Shown here in pieces: positions 37,396 through 49,816 of a stretch of 53,817 nt of DNA (positions are counted from its first letter, which is position 1; each line of letters begins with the position of its first letter). The translations under genes were made by a program, and so were the position numbers. The DNA is from Octopus bimaculoides (lineage: Eukaryota), in assembly GCF_001194135.2 (NCBI RefSeq), contig NC_068985.1, positions 6,307,362 through 6,361,178 on the forward strand. The letters are read 5' to 3'. The notes under the pieces were generated by a model. It was not told the DNA's origin and ran no database searches. It saw only the letters and a list, made by a program, of their open reading frames with translations.

Positions 37396-38179
37396 ATTTT
37401 AGAACACAATAACTTCATAGGAATGAACCAATATGGTAAAGAACTGAATACAATCTCTGTTATTATCTTCGTTATATAAGACAACGAATAAGGCAAATTT
37501 CAGTTACTCACTACAGTTTAAATGGCTTATTTATCTTCCTTGAAATTTCACTCACAATGCAAGAACTGGTTCTCTTTCCTTACAGAATACATAACTGCAT
37601 TAGATATCTACTCAGCGGAGAAATTCTTATATTTGTGAACAAATTTTTCTAGGTATGAAACAGATTAAAGATGGAAAGTTGTTGAGAGAGGAGGAACTAG
37701 TTGGTTATTGCAAACTGTTACTTTCTCGAACGTGGATGTCACGATAGGAGCAGTGCAGCATGGTCTAGGTTCATCTGGTCCTGATATACAGTCGATTATG
37801 TGATTCCTTGAAGGTCATTACTGGGCTGGAGTAATGAAGGTCATTTGCTGAATGACAATATATCACGTTGATCTTGTCGACGTCGTTTTCTGAGTATATG
37901 TTCGCGGCTTTAACTAGGCGTCTTTATTTTCTTCTGTCGTATTTGCGATTGCCAGCTCTATTTTGTGTAGTCCGTCATAAAACAACCAATAAAGAAGCAA
38001 TAATTTTATTAAGGTATGTACGAATTGTTTCGTTATATATCATATAGTACACTATATTATAAAATGTCTTTTCTTTCTGTTACTTTGATTATTTTATCAA
38101 AATGATTTAACAAAAAAGTATAAAAGAAAAACCAGCATCACGATATGAATAGAAAAGCACAATAGCATCTAAAGTAGAT

Positions 38180-38330
38180 AGGCCACACCTTTTTAGAAAG
38201 GTTATATTTGATTACATCGACCCAAATACTTCATTGGTACTTATTATATCGACTTTGGAATGATGAAAAGTAAAGACGACCTTGTCAGAATTTAATCGCA
38301 AAACATAAAGAAACATAACGATACATTGTG
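38180..38330 (-). mobile_element. Diverged family A SINE fragment
   Basis: GATTACATCGACCC...TGGTACTTATTATATCGAC...GATGAAAAGTAAAGACGACC. Confidence 0.7.
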
Positions 38331-38624
38331 GCCATGTTGATATAGCTAATTTATCACCCTTGACAGGAGAAATTATTAGAACAAAAAATGAATATCTTTG
38401 CTCTGTTATTAAAATTCGGTTAGCTACTACCTTGCAACAAATACAAGGTATTCATGGTAAACCATATAAAAAGAGCAGAATAAATTCGTGTTCATGTATA
38501 TAAATCGATAATAGCATAAAAAAATCTTCACCGTCGGCAACCTCGGACTCCCGATCTCCTAAATATAGTAACAGCCGGCGCTTCATCAAACAATTCATTT
38601 AAAATATCTCATTGAATAAGATAC

Positions 38625-38838
38625 GTTTCTACTCTAAGCACAAGGACAGAATTTTTTTCGGAAAAGAGGCAAGTCGATAAGATCGACTCCAGTACGCAGC
38701 TGGTACTTAACTTATCGATCTTGAAACGATGAAAAGCAAGACCGACCTAGGCGGAATTTGAACTCAGAACATAAAGACAGACGAAATATCGCTAAGCATT
38801 TCGTCTGGTGCACTAACGATTCTGCTAGCTCGCCGCCT
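38625..38838 (-). mobile_element. Family A SINE
   Basis: Reverse complement of 17621-17833, ending CTAGCTCGCCGCC. Confidence 0.9.
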
Positions 38839-38851
38839 TTCTTTTAAATTA

Positions 38852-39155
38852 TATTCTTTTCTACTCTAGGCACGAGGATAGGAATTTCTAGGGAGGGGCC
38901 AATAGATTAGATCAACCCAGTAAGCAACTGGTACTTAATATATCAACCCTGAAAGGATGAAAGGCACAGTCGACCGCAGCGGAATTTGAACTCAGAACGT
39001 AAAGAGAGTCGATTAGATCGAGCCCAGTATGCAACTGGTACTTAATTTATCGACCTCAAAAGGATGAATGCTAAAGTCGACCTCGGTGGAATTTGAACTC
39101 AAAAACGTAAAGACAGACGGAACTAAGCATTTCGCCTAGCGTGCTAAAGTTTCTT
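38852..39155 (-). mobile_element. Family A SINE with an internal tandem duplication of about 110 bp
   Basis: The block GATTAGATC...CTGGTACTTAAT...GGATGAA...GGAATTTGAACTCA...CGTAAAGA occurs twice (about 38900-39007 and 39008-39118). Confidence 0.85.
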
Positions 39156-39159
39156 ATTT

Positions 39160-39388
39160 CTTTACTGTCCACAAGGAGCTAAACATAGAGGGGACAAACA
39201 AGAAGAGACAAACGGATTAAGTCGATTATATCGACACCAGTGCATAACTGGTACTTATTTAATCGACCCCGAAAGGATGAAGGGCAAAGTCGAACTCGGC
39301 GGAATTTGAACTCGGAACGTAGCAGCAGACAGTATGCCGATAAGGATTTCGTCCGGCGTGCGAACGTTTCTACCAGCTCGCCGCCCCC
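39160..39388 (-). mobile_element. Family A SINE variant with a different 3' end
   Basis: Core CTGGTACTTATTTAATCGACCCCGAAAGGATGAAGGGCAAAGTCG...CAGCTCGCCGCC; the tail GGACAAACAAGAAGAGACAAACGG differs from other copies. Confidence 0.85.
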
Positions 39389-40224
39389 CCTATTCAATAA
39401 TATAGTAATAGAAAGTATATGATATATTTTCTGAACAATATGTAGATAGACTAAGGTTAGCGTCCCTATATACAGGTGCCTATTTATCTAAGCAACATCA
39501 TAAACATGGGAGCCTATACTATGAGTTATTGTAGTATATGTATGTGTGTGGCGCATCAATTTCACGACCACTACTACTTGACAAATATTGAAAAATATGA
39601 CATGAATTGTGCGAAACATATTGTGTTAAACAACGGTCAAACACATCCGTTTCTAAAATTAGCATCTCTTGGCGGGAACCACTTTATACTAAATGGAATT
39701 CCGCACGTGAGTAGCATATATGCTATGTTTATTGCATCATGTAAACTCATAATTTATAGCGAGATAATTAAATATCAGAACACAATTAACCCGATTCTTC
39801 TCAAAACTAACAAATGCCCATGCCATAGATTATATCTAACTCCGTACCTCTTCTATAATTAATTTGACAGCCGCAACATAATAGAAGGCAGGTATGCGCT
39901 CTGTAGGTTCTGAACTGAGCCTCATGACATGAACATGTCACAGAGAATTTTAGGCGACCTCTTGTCCGTTTATAACCCATCATTTAAAGTTTTCGTTTAT
40001 TTTTGTTTTGCTCGTTTGATATAAAAGAAATAAGGATACAACTTTGGAGGGAAGTGAGAGTCAATTACATCAAGTCTTTAAGAAAGAAAGCTGACCACGG
40101 CCCACTTGATACAGAAATAGCCAGATCATACAGTGCAATGCTGCAGATACTTATGCCGCCAGTTCACCCTCAAAATCTAAAATTACAACAAAAATATTAG
40201 TTTTAAACTTTAGCACATGCCAAG

Positions 40225-40320
40225 TACGTTTGTGGAAGGGAGCCAGTTGATTACGTTGACCTCAGTGCTCAAATGATTCTTATTTTATCGACACCGATAG
40301 GATGAAAAGCAAAGCCTTCC
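40225..40320 (-). mobile_element. Family A SINE fragment
   Basis: TTGATTACGTTGACCTCAGTGCTC...TTTATCGACACCGATAGGATGAAAAGCAAAG. Confidence 0.7.
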
Positions 40321-40412
40321 GCCTCGAGTAGAAATAATCATAGGAACTCAGTACAAACTTCTTCCGGATAATATTTGCCAAGAAGGAAACTACGATGAGC
40401 CTGTGAATAAAA

Positions 40413-40590
40413 TTATTCTTTTCTACTCTGGGCACAAGGCCCGAATTTTTGGAGAGGGGACCAATTGGTTTGATCGACTCTAGTACGCAACTGGTGCTTA
40501 ATTTATCGAACCCAAAAGGATGAAAGGCAAAGTCGACCTCTGCAGAATTTGAATTCAGAACGTAAAGACAGACGAAATGTCGCTAAGCAA
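40413..40590 (-). mobile_element. Family A SINE, head-truncated
   Basis: ATTCTTTTCTACTCTGGGCACAAGGCCCGAA...GAATTTGAATTCAGAACGTAAAGACAGACGAAATGTCGCTAAGCA. Confidence 0.88.
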
Positions 40591-41285
40591 CAAGAGAAAT
40601 ATTAAAAAGCCAGTTGTCTACTACCACAACTGCAGACTATACTTGACAAATAGCATTTTTACTTATGTCTGTATGTGGAGGGGAGTCGACTCAGAAAGTT
40701 TAACAGGAAATGTTACGAAGTCGACAACGACTGTACTTTAAACAAGAATATGCTAATAATACAAGGCGGTAGTCTCGTGCTCTAGAATTTAAAAACTAAA
40801 ATAATCAGGTTCCTACATTAAATACAGCCTGTCACAAAAAAACTATAACTGTCAGCTTATGCACAAATCTTATTTTCTAATGCAGCTGAATTATTCGACA
40901 ATATTATTAGATCAACTCTATCGCTTATGATCCAAAAATGAGAATTACTGGACAGGAACAATTTTGTCCGCATTACTAACGTCACTTGACGGCTCAGTCG
41001 ACATCTCCTGACAATCAACTATGATTGCAATGCAGAAATGCCCACGTATTAACGAAGCAATAAATTATAAGCATAAAAATAAAATCACAAAGATAATTGG
41101 TTTTGAAATTGAAATATTATTTTAAATCATTTTGAAATTCAAATGACAGTAGACGTAGCTTACTAGACCGAATGGATTTCAGTGTGTGGTCCGATGAGAA
41201 GAAGCAGCGTCTTGAACTTTGCAGAAATTCCGGAACTGGCGGCCGTTTCCAGAAACTGATGAGTGAAAAATAGTTAATAATGCTT

Positions 41286-41528
41286 GAAGTAGTTATATAC
41301 TGTCAACTGAATTTGACAGTCCCCTGAAGGGAATAATACTACTGTTGGTTAGACCTAGGAAGGTACATTTCCTGTATCATTATGTTTGCAAGCGGGAGAC
41401 ATAAACATAAGGGCGCAGGAAATGTGGTAAGAGCGACAGGAAGCAGAGCAGCTTCCTAGGTCTAACCAACAGTAGTATTATTCCCTTCAGGGGACTGTCA
41501 CATTAAGTTGACAGCAGACAACTACTTC
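41286..41528. mobile_element. MITE-like hairpin with about 77-bp inverted arms and a structured spacer
   Basis: GACAGTCCCCTGAAGGGAATAATACTACTGTTGGTTAGACCTAGGAAG is a perfect reverse complement of 41452-41499; outer arms are imperfect. The spacer has a further CATTTCCTG/CAGGAAATG pair. No hammerhead core seen. Confidence 0.75.
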
Positions 41529-41819
41529 ATCGTATCACTCCTGCATAAATCTCTTTGAGAGATTTAGAAATGTATTATTAATAATGCTTGGTTATGGAAT
41601 GGATGGATTCAAGTTCGAATCGTGTTCTTTACTACATATTTTCCCAGGTATATACACTTGATGATAATTGATGAATAAGTCTAGCGATCATACCTGCATG
41701 GTTCCATGATTGTGCCAATACCTGTAAAATTAACATGCCTGAAAATCCTGATTTATTATCACATAAATTAAATGTCAATGTTGCATAATTTAATTTTGGA
41801 GTAAATTTTCTTCTCCTTA

Positions 41820-42088
41820 TTCTTCTTTTCTACTCTAAGTAAAAGGCCCGAAAATTTCATTTTTTTTTTGGGGGGGGGGGCAGTCGATAACATCAACACC
41901 AGTACGCAGCTGGTACTTAATTTATCGACTCCGAAAGGATGAAAAGCAAAGTCGACCCTGGTTGAATTTGAACTCAGAACGTAAAGACAGACAAAATATT
42001 GCTAAGCATCTCGCCCGGCGCGCTAAAGATTCTGCTAGTTCGCCGCCTTTCTTTTAAATTATATTATTTTCTGCTCTAGGTACAAGGC
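41820..42088 (-). mobile_element. Family A SINE plus the tail of a second, truncated copy
   Basis: Full copy 41820-42047, then the spacer TTTCTTTTAAATTATA and TTTTCTGCTCTAGGTACAAGGCC. Confidence 0.88.
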
Positions 42089-42090
42089 CT

Positions 42091-42633
42091 CCATTCATCT
42101 TCCAACATGGCTTCAGATTCAACACGGAAGCCTACATTAAGTGCCTGGAGGAGTTAGTGCTGCTCTGGTTCAAAAGGATGGCTGCTGGAACACCCTTACG
42201 TCTGGCACGAGGGCTCTGCACGCCACACAACAAGTGGACACAACCATGGCTGTCAGAATATTTCTGTGACCACACCAGCCCTAACATCTGACCACCCAAC
42301 TCCACAGTCTGCACCCCCCTTGATTAACATGCGTGTGGTGCAGCTGAGCGAGAGATCAAGAAAACTCCCTGTAATACCAAAGATAAACAGAAAGTAAGGA
42401 TTATGGAAGTATTCACCAACTTAAACAAGGAGACTGGCTAGAAGAGTTGCAGAAAACTCCGAAGTCACCTGGAGGTGTTGGTTGAAGCCAATGGCGATTT
42501 TATTGAATAAATTAACTCTTTAGTATTTCAAGATATTTTTACGTAATTTTGGGAAATATATCGGTTAAAATGAGATGTCAGTGTTATTTTCATTCTTGCG
42601 TAATTTAGACGACAGTTTATTCACCGCACGCTG
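42091..42633 (+). mobile_element. 3' fragment of a Tc1/mariner-superfamily element, maT/DD37D-like
   Basis: Decayed frame PFIFQHGFRFNTEAYIKCLEE...YVWHEGSA (cf. YVWQQDSAPCH)...I*PPNSTVCTPLD (cf. WPPNSPDCNPLD)...VEANGDFIE*. About 36-37 residues separate the second and third acidic positions. Ends ...CACGCTG-TA. Confidence 0.8.
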
Positions 42634-42901
42634 TATATGTACATACCCACGTATGTATGTGTGAGCGTGCTCGCGTGTGTGCGTGTGTGTGCATGCGTGT
42701 GCGTGTGCATTGTGTATGCGTACGTGATTCGTGAGTGAGTGTGTGTGTACGTGCGTATGTACGTACGTATATATAAATAAATATGGATATTTATATATGG
42801 ATATTGATATTCATATTAATTGATATAGTCGCTTATTATATAGAAATTAGATTACCAGTCTGACATTCATATCTAATCAATAATTAATTATTAACCGTCT
42901 G

Positions 42902-43023
42902 AAGGCAGCGATCTATCAGAATCTTTGGTACGCCGAGAAAAACGCTTAGGGTCGTCTTTTCCGTCCTTACGTTCTCAGTTCAAATTTTGATGGGGTCGAC
43001 TTAGCCTTTCGTCCCTTTCAGGA
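42902..43023 (+). mobile_element. Family A SINE, 5' half
   Basis: TACGTTCTCAGTTCAAATTTTGATGGGGTCGACTTAGCCTTTC. Confidence 0.75.
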
Positions 43024-44596
43024 GATATGGGCGGTATTGGAAGACAACGAAAGGAGTAAATTCTCCTGCATATAAAGAGATATTATCCTTAATGTTTTAG
43101 ACTAAGATAAGCGATTAAAGAATTATGTCGCAAAGAAATTAAAACAAAACGAATGCGAAAACAGAACGCAAAAATATGGGGAAGCGAATGAAGGCAAAGT
43201 AGAGGAGAGCTCCAGAAAATGGGAGCTAGATGGAAAACATGACGACAAATTTAAAAATAGATAAGGAGCAGATATAATAGGCTGGTATTTATTTAAAATG
43301 CTATGAAATTTGTGGTCACCACACATGACGCTGGATTCACTTGATTATATACACCTATTCGTATATATACACACATGCTACATATTAATACACTATTTAA
43401 TTGGTAAACTATTTTACGATGTATTTTAAAGAGCACGGGTTAAAGAGAGGGTGATTGCTAATAATTCAGTGGGTTTTGTTGCTGAAATTAAATTGGGTAT
43501 TAAACTCCACTTCTGGAGTTTGTAATTTTTAGGCTGTAATCGTCTGTACGTAACCCCAACCTTCTATTATTGTGAATTCTTTATACGCATCTTTAAAAGT
43601 TGTTCACCTTAACTTGAAGTCAATAACATGCTCTTCCAAATGCCAGATATAATTGGAGAAATTCGATTTGTTTCTCTTTCTTCGACGCCTGAAAGGAGAA
43701 ATACAAGTGAGGCATTGCTATTTAAATTAACCTTCTATCGTTCCTTGCAATCTTTTTTTCCTTTGTAAATGTCAACAAAATCTGGCAATTCAAGACTGTG
43801 TATAAATATGTTTGTATTAACCTTAACTCGATTGGATAAGTAGCTTTGATAGGCATAGGCAAAGTTACGTACGCGCTACATAAATTTAAACAAAGATATT
43901 TTGATCTTACGTATTCTAGACTAACATAAAAAGAAAAATAAATCTCTGTAAATCGCCAATAATACATGGCATTTAAAAGAACCTTCTCCAGATTTTGCCA
44001 TCAAAATCAAGTTGTCTAAAAATAGATAAAATTCAAATCTCTTCATCCATTTAGTGAGTTTGCGTCAGTATACGTAATCTATGCCATATTAAATACGTTA
44101 GCAGAATATAATATCGGTGATTAAGAATTATAAGGACATGTTTAAAATATATTTCATATGTTAATTAGATGGAAAGGAAAGGATAGAATCCAATTTAATT
44201 GTCTTTTGACGCTACTGGCGTCGGTGGCTAAGTTAATAATACTATGGAGTTTTCGAATTATTTAATTTCTCATGGGTTCTTTACATTTTTCCGCTATTAA
44301 ATAAACGTTTTCATATATTTAAATTGGCGCTTCCTTCGCTCCCAGTTGTACAGGTAATAATGAAGCTGCTGGTGATATCATTAAAAATACTTGGCGTTGT
44401 CCCGGGAATAAAATGACTAAGAAATACATTCAGTATCTTCTGTTTAGCAGCATGTGTTACTTTGAGTTGTTGATGACCTCGACAAAAACATATGAGACTT
44501 CTGTATGAACTGTGTTTTTAACTGTTATATGCAAGACATTTTCATACGAGAGTGGTATCAGGAAATTGCTTCCAGGTGTGAATATATATATTTATA

Positions 44597-44628
<32 letters not shown>

Positions 44629-44716
44629 NNNNNNNNNNNNNNNNNNNNNNNNNNNNNNNNNNNNNNNNNNNNNNNNNNNNNNNNNNNNNNNNNNNNNNNN
44701 NNNNNNNNNNNNNNNN
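44629..44716. other. Assembly gap between (TA)n and (TG)n
   Basis: Run of N. Confidence 1.
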
Positions 44717-44772
<56 letters not shown>

Positions 44773-47469
44773 TATGTGTGTGTATCTTTATAATATCTAC
44801 AGCGGAAGCTTACACGAGTATGGGACTCCGTTGGTGTAAAGTGCTTTCTGATCGACAGTGAACAGTAAACGGAGATATCGGTATGTGTGAGTATGCGTAT
44901 ATATATTTGTGTATATGTGTGTATGTTTGTATGTGCGTGTGTGTTTATGTGTCAATATTCTGTAATGATGTTACTTGCTGGGAAAATTACTATGTATTCA
45001 ATTTTATAATCTATCAGATGATACGTATTGTATGATCTTATTGCCTGTTAGATGCGAGAAATTTAACATCAATATAGCAGTAATCATGGAAGCTTTCACT
45101 TTACTTAATTACAAATAGTTTCATTTAATAGATCTGGCTGAATATTATCACATTTATTATTAGTTATTTTCTAATTCTTCCACTGTGTTTGTTTTTTTAG
45201 AGTCAGATCAGATCTGATCCAACATTTCCAATCATCTCCGTTCTGTATGTACAGAATAACAGCACGGAGTCGAAACTTTAAGCAAATACGATACTCAACG
45301 CGCATATATTTCGGAGTCACTACATATATGTAATATAAATGCTAATGCTACTGTATATCATTATGTTTTTTGGCAGGGAGTGATAATGCAATAATAAGGC
45401 AATTATTTTATTGGTAGATATCCAAACATATCATATGGTTGATTATCTTTCATAGCAACACGAGTCTTTTCTTTCTTGTTTTATTAAATGTTAAAATCAC
45501 ATTGCAAGTCACTGGTCTTATTCCTTGACAGAAATTGGAAAAATAAAGACATTGAATCTTCAAACGCCACAACGCAAAAGCTTTTTTGCGACCGGAATTG
45601 TGCCAACTGTCAAATGCTTTTAAATGCCTATCAGTATACAATTTTACACATAAATTTTCAATTTGTAATTATTTATCACAGCTTAATATGAACTTGCGAT
45701 CTTTTATAAATGTGATCCACCGACTTCCGTCCTTTCGATTTCTACGATTATATCATTTCTGTAAATATCTGACAGAAACCGGACACAGAACAAGGAGAAT
45801 ACGAAAGAGCATTATGAAAAACAAGCACTGCAAAGAAGTTTGAAACTTGACAATGTAGCAGACATTGTTGATCATAACACAGGATGCTAAAGATAAAAGT
45901 AACAACGGTGTTGAATGAAATTTATTGAACGAAGTAATCAGGGTTGAAATAGTCATTTAAATTCTAATTACATTTTAGCCATTATGCTAAACTCTTATTC
46001 GATCACTGCGACCATATGGGAATTGTGATTACAAGATAAGTTCACCTTGCAGTCAGGCCTACAACAGCAGTGTGTAATTAATGAGCGCTTCATTAGTGTC
46101 CAGCATTTAATTTAAGTCCGAGTAGACATGGAATCAGTGAACGTTATCTCCATTTTTCACCTTCAGAACAATGCCAATACATTCACGTTATTATTCTAAA
46201 ATTAGTCGTGTTGATAAATGATACAGCATTGTTCATTTCGAGGTAAATTATGAACTGACGAGGCTATTTTATATTGTATTTTCATGAAGTTTCCTATTAC
46301 GTGATTTTCAGTGTGATTTAAAGAAAAATTCACTTTGCTAATTTGTTTGAGAATGTTGTATGAGTTAATTAGCAGTTCATAAGAATCTCAAAACTAAGTC
46401 CATTGTCTCGGAGATAAATCCTTTGCAAATCAGGTCGTGATCGCTGATCACTTGCTGATAAGCTGTAATTTAACCAACAGCAGGATGTCATCGAATGAAC
46501 ATTAGGCGACGATAAATAAATTGCAAAGTTAAGTTATATTGTCCGCCAGATGTTGTACGTTTATGCAATATATTGCAAGCGAATTTATAAAGACAATATG
46601 ATGTATTTATAATGGTAATTAAATCATAATGATAGCGTGAATTACAAGCTGCCTTCAAGAAGATCCGTTGAAATGTGCTCCGATTAGTCTCCTCTACCGT
46701 TTTTTTTTTCTTTTATAGGCAAATTATAGTTTTAGCTTCGTCCTAATGAATTGCGCAATCTCATCCATATGCTAACATGGATATAAAATGTAAATATACA
46801 CTGGGATGTATCTTGTAAAATTATTCCTAGGATGGTTAATCTGTGGCTATTAGTCTCAACCAAAATGTGCGATTTCGAGAAAAATTATGTCCAAGTAAGA
46901 ATCCCTGACTTATGTCCTGTTTACGTGAATATAAAGTGTTCAATACTGCAGGAAATATTCTTTCTCGGTGTCTTATATAATGATTATATTCTAGCAGTTG
47001 AATATTGTAATGAACTGATATTCTTAACTTAAAAATCAACAATTAGGGGTCCTTGAAACAATGGAAGGGAAATAATTATATTTTAGGTGAAAAAATAGTT
47101 TCACGTATGTGCTAAAATGGTTACCATATTTGACAGTTAGTTGCGAAACCCGGTTTGTATATATTCCGGTCATTATACTGATTGCATCGATGAAGGATAT
47201 TTGCCGGATTATTAATGAGAGTACTTGATTGTCTATTGTTATATGAAAATACACTGTGTTAAGGAAAAAATCAATCAGGCCTCCAGCGTTCTTTTTAAAC
47301 ATTTCTCTAAGTTAATGCAAATATTTTTGCGCTTGTAAAGTATATCTAAATATCATAGTCAAGTGTGGACCTTATAAAATCAAATGATATCTCCTGTACA
47401 TAGAAATGAAAAGAAAACAAAAAAATGAATGACCAAATCGAACGAAATACTTTTCTCAGGGATGTGAGC

Positions 47470-47646
47470 AGGTGGTATTAATTTATGTCATCACCACAAG
47501 TGCTCAACTGGTACTTACCTCATTGATTCCAAATGAATGAAAAGTAAAGCCAAACTTGGGAGAAATTTGAACACAGAACGCAAATCCGGATGAAATGCCG
47601 CTCAGCATGCTGCCAGGCATGTTAACAATTCTGGTAGCTTGCCGCC
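47470..47646 (-). mobile_element. Diverged family A SINE
   Basis: CAACTGGTACTTAC...GAATGAAAAGTAAAGCC...AATTTGAACACAGAACG...GCTTGCCGCC. Confidence 0.75.
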
Positions 47647-47734
47647 TTTACAAAGAATTGCCTCATGAGATTTGTCTTCGTTGTTCGTCTCTCTCGCGCT
47701 CTCTCCCTCGCCACCCCCACCCCACGCACGCACA

Positions 47735-47925
47735 CACACACGTCGCTTTAATGTAGCGATTCGGCAAAGACGCCAAGAGAATAAGTACTGGGCTCACAAA
47801 AAAAGAAAGAAAAAAGAAAAAAGAAAAATTAAATTGTATTGGTGGTCAATTTATTTGACTGAAAGTTCTTCAAAACGATTCCCCAGCACAGCCGCAGTGT
47901 TATGTCTGAAGTAGTAACAAGCTAC
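47735..47925 (+). mobile_element. Family B SINE, 3' part
   Basis: AGCGATTCGGCAAAGA...GAATAAGTACTGGGCT...CCCCAGCACAGCCGCAG. Confidence 0.75.
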
Positions 47926-48109
47926 AAGAGATATCGTATAGTTATTATTATTACTGACAACGTTAGCCACAGATAAGAACTATACTACTGAATTGAAAGG
48001 CTTAAGGAGAGGAAAAGTACTATAATGGATACTAAAATAGCAAGTAGAAAAGAAGTAAACTCACAAAGAACGAATGGCCTAATTTTATATGGGATTATTC
48101 AGGGAAGGG

Positions 48110-48404
48110 GTTCATCTATATTTTAGAGATGAGGAATTATATACATTATTTACATTATTTACATTTGACGGATATTTGTCTTCATCTTCTTTATTGTTCA
48201 CACAACGTTTCGGTTGATATACCCTCCAGCCTTCATCAGGTCTCTTAGCGACTTTTCGAAACTGGGTTCTCATTCCTAAGGTATTTTTCGATGTTGGTGT
48301 TATTGTTGTTTTTGTTGTTGTTATTATTATTATTAGTAGTAGGACTGAAGCCGAAGCATGTTGTTGGTAAGCAAGCTATTTACGACACAGCCAGTCCTGC
48401 ACCT
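48110..48404 (-). mobile_element. Hammerhead-tailed SINE-like element, copy 2 (family B-type tRNA head, microsatellite, HHR tail)
   Basis: 48110-48300 is homologous to 50295-50480. The minus strand has CTGATGA-A-GGCTG-GAGGGTATAT-CAACC-GAAAC-GTT-GTGTG. 48342-48404 is a family B head ending at the B-box. Confidence 0.8.
48199..48245 (-). ncRNA. Candidate type-I hammerhead ribozyme (intact core, one stem II mismatch, weakened stem I)
   Basis: CUGAUGA...GAAAC GUU with palindromic AACGUU as stem III. Confidence 0.6.
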
Positions 48405-48417
48405 ATGATGTATATAT

Positions 48418-48572
<155 letters not shown>

Positions 48573-49816
48573 TTGAATAAAGTTACATGATCTGGTTTTC
48601 ACGTTTTTCAGTATAGCATTTTCAAAAAAATTTACACATTACGGAATTGATAGCTGGGTTATTTTCTTCTCTTCGTAATATATAAGTGAGTTTTCTCTGT
48701 ATGGCCAGAAAAAATGTGCAACCGATTATTGATGAAATGTACAAGTGTTTAAACTATTCCTATCGATCTCATGCTTTATTCACACTCGATCTCTCAAATT
48801 GTTTGCAATTTCACTTTATTCATTGGCATTTTGTTGACAATAGATTATGTTAAACATAACGGGGAGATATTGAGGAAGAAGGAACAGGATATTGGCCGTG
48901 CACCTAATCAAGCACAGAAATGAATGTTTACAAAGTCTTTACTGCTTCGGAAATCAAATGAATAAAGTATATTTTAGAAATATAATGAAATATTAAGAAC
49001 TGAACCCGTTATATGTTATTAAGTATCATTACGTTTTCAAATAGAAACGGCAATATATAATATTGTCGATGGAATGTCAAAAAATATCACTAATTCTTGG
49101 ATGCATTTATATTTTATCAGCAACGAAATGTGAAAAGGAAATTTGCCGATGTAAACACAAACGTAAAGAATAATGAAAAAAAATAACTGTTTTCCCTAAA
49201 ATATTGTGGTTGGTACTCTACTGATTCTTCTACTTCAACACTCTTCTTTGCAAGAATAAATTTAAAGTAATATTTTGCTAAAAAGAAAAACAAAAAGGCA
49301 AGCGTTGTAGAGCGAGAAATGTGCTCACAGGGAAACCTCTAGCATGACGGATTATTAACTCTCGGTTGGATAATTTTCAATTCCCTCACTTCAATTTTAC
49401 TTGTAGCAATCGCATTAACGTCATCGCTAATCAATTACCAGCCTTTCAAGTAATACTTCATTTTCTATGGTTTCTAAGCCAGATATTCGACGCAGTAGTT
49501 GAATTGTGGCGCTCAAGTGAAACCGGCTTGTTTCGAATCTGCAGCAAATTGAATTCATTTAAAAAAGGAAGACTAAGAAAATGCAAGAACAAAATGTTAC
49601 AATATATGCGATATAAAATTGTTCTCCATACTTTCAACTCGTCTTGACTCTCCTTTCATTATCCAGTGGAGAAATGAAATAGATAGCACCGTTCATTAGT
49701 ATTTTATGTTAATCATTAAAAGTGACATTCGATATTATGACGCAAGGCTCCGATAAATCACAGGCACAGTTGCCGTTCGTAGGTGGCACCTTTTCAAGTT
49801 CTCTATCTATTTTGTC

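Noticed and set aside
37700-37990. Minus-strand frames (RLVKAANIYSENDVDKINVIYC...) as possible LINE ORF1 remnant
   Set aside because: Interrupted by stops and no motif I can identify.
39476-39862. 128-aa ORF
   Set aside because: Non-ATG start, composition typical of AT-rich non-coding DNA, no recognisable motif.
41160-41275. Peptide MDFSVWS resembling the Tc1/maT PLDFSVW motif
   Set aside because: Only about 7 residues match and there is no surrounding transposase context.
38625-42050. Regularly recurring SINE block as a CRISPR-like array
   Set aside because: Eukaryotic SINE copies about 200 bp long with irregular spacing; no repeat-spacer structure and no cas genes.
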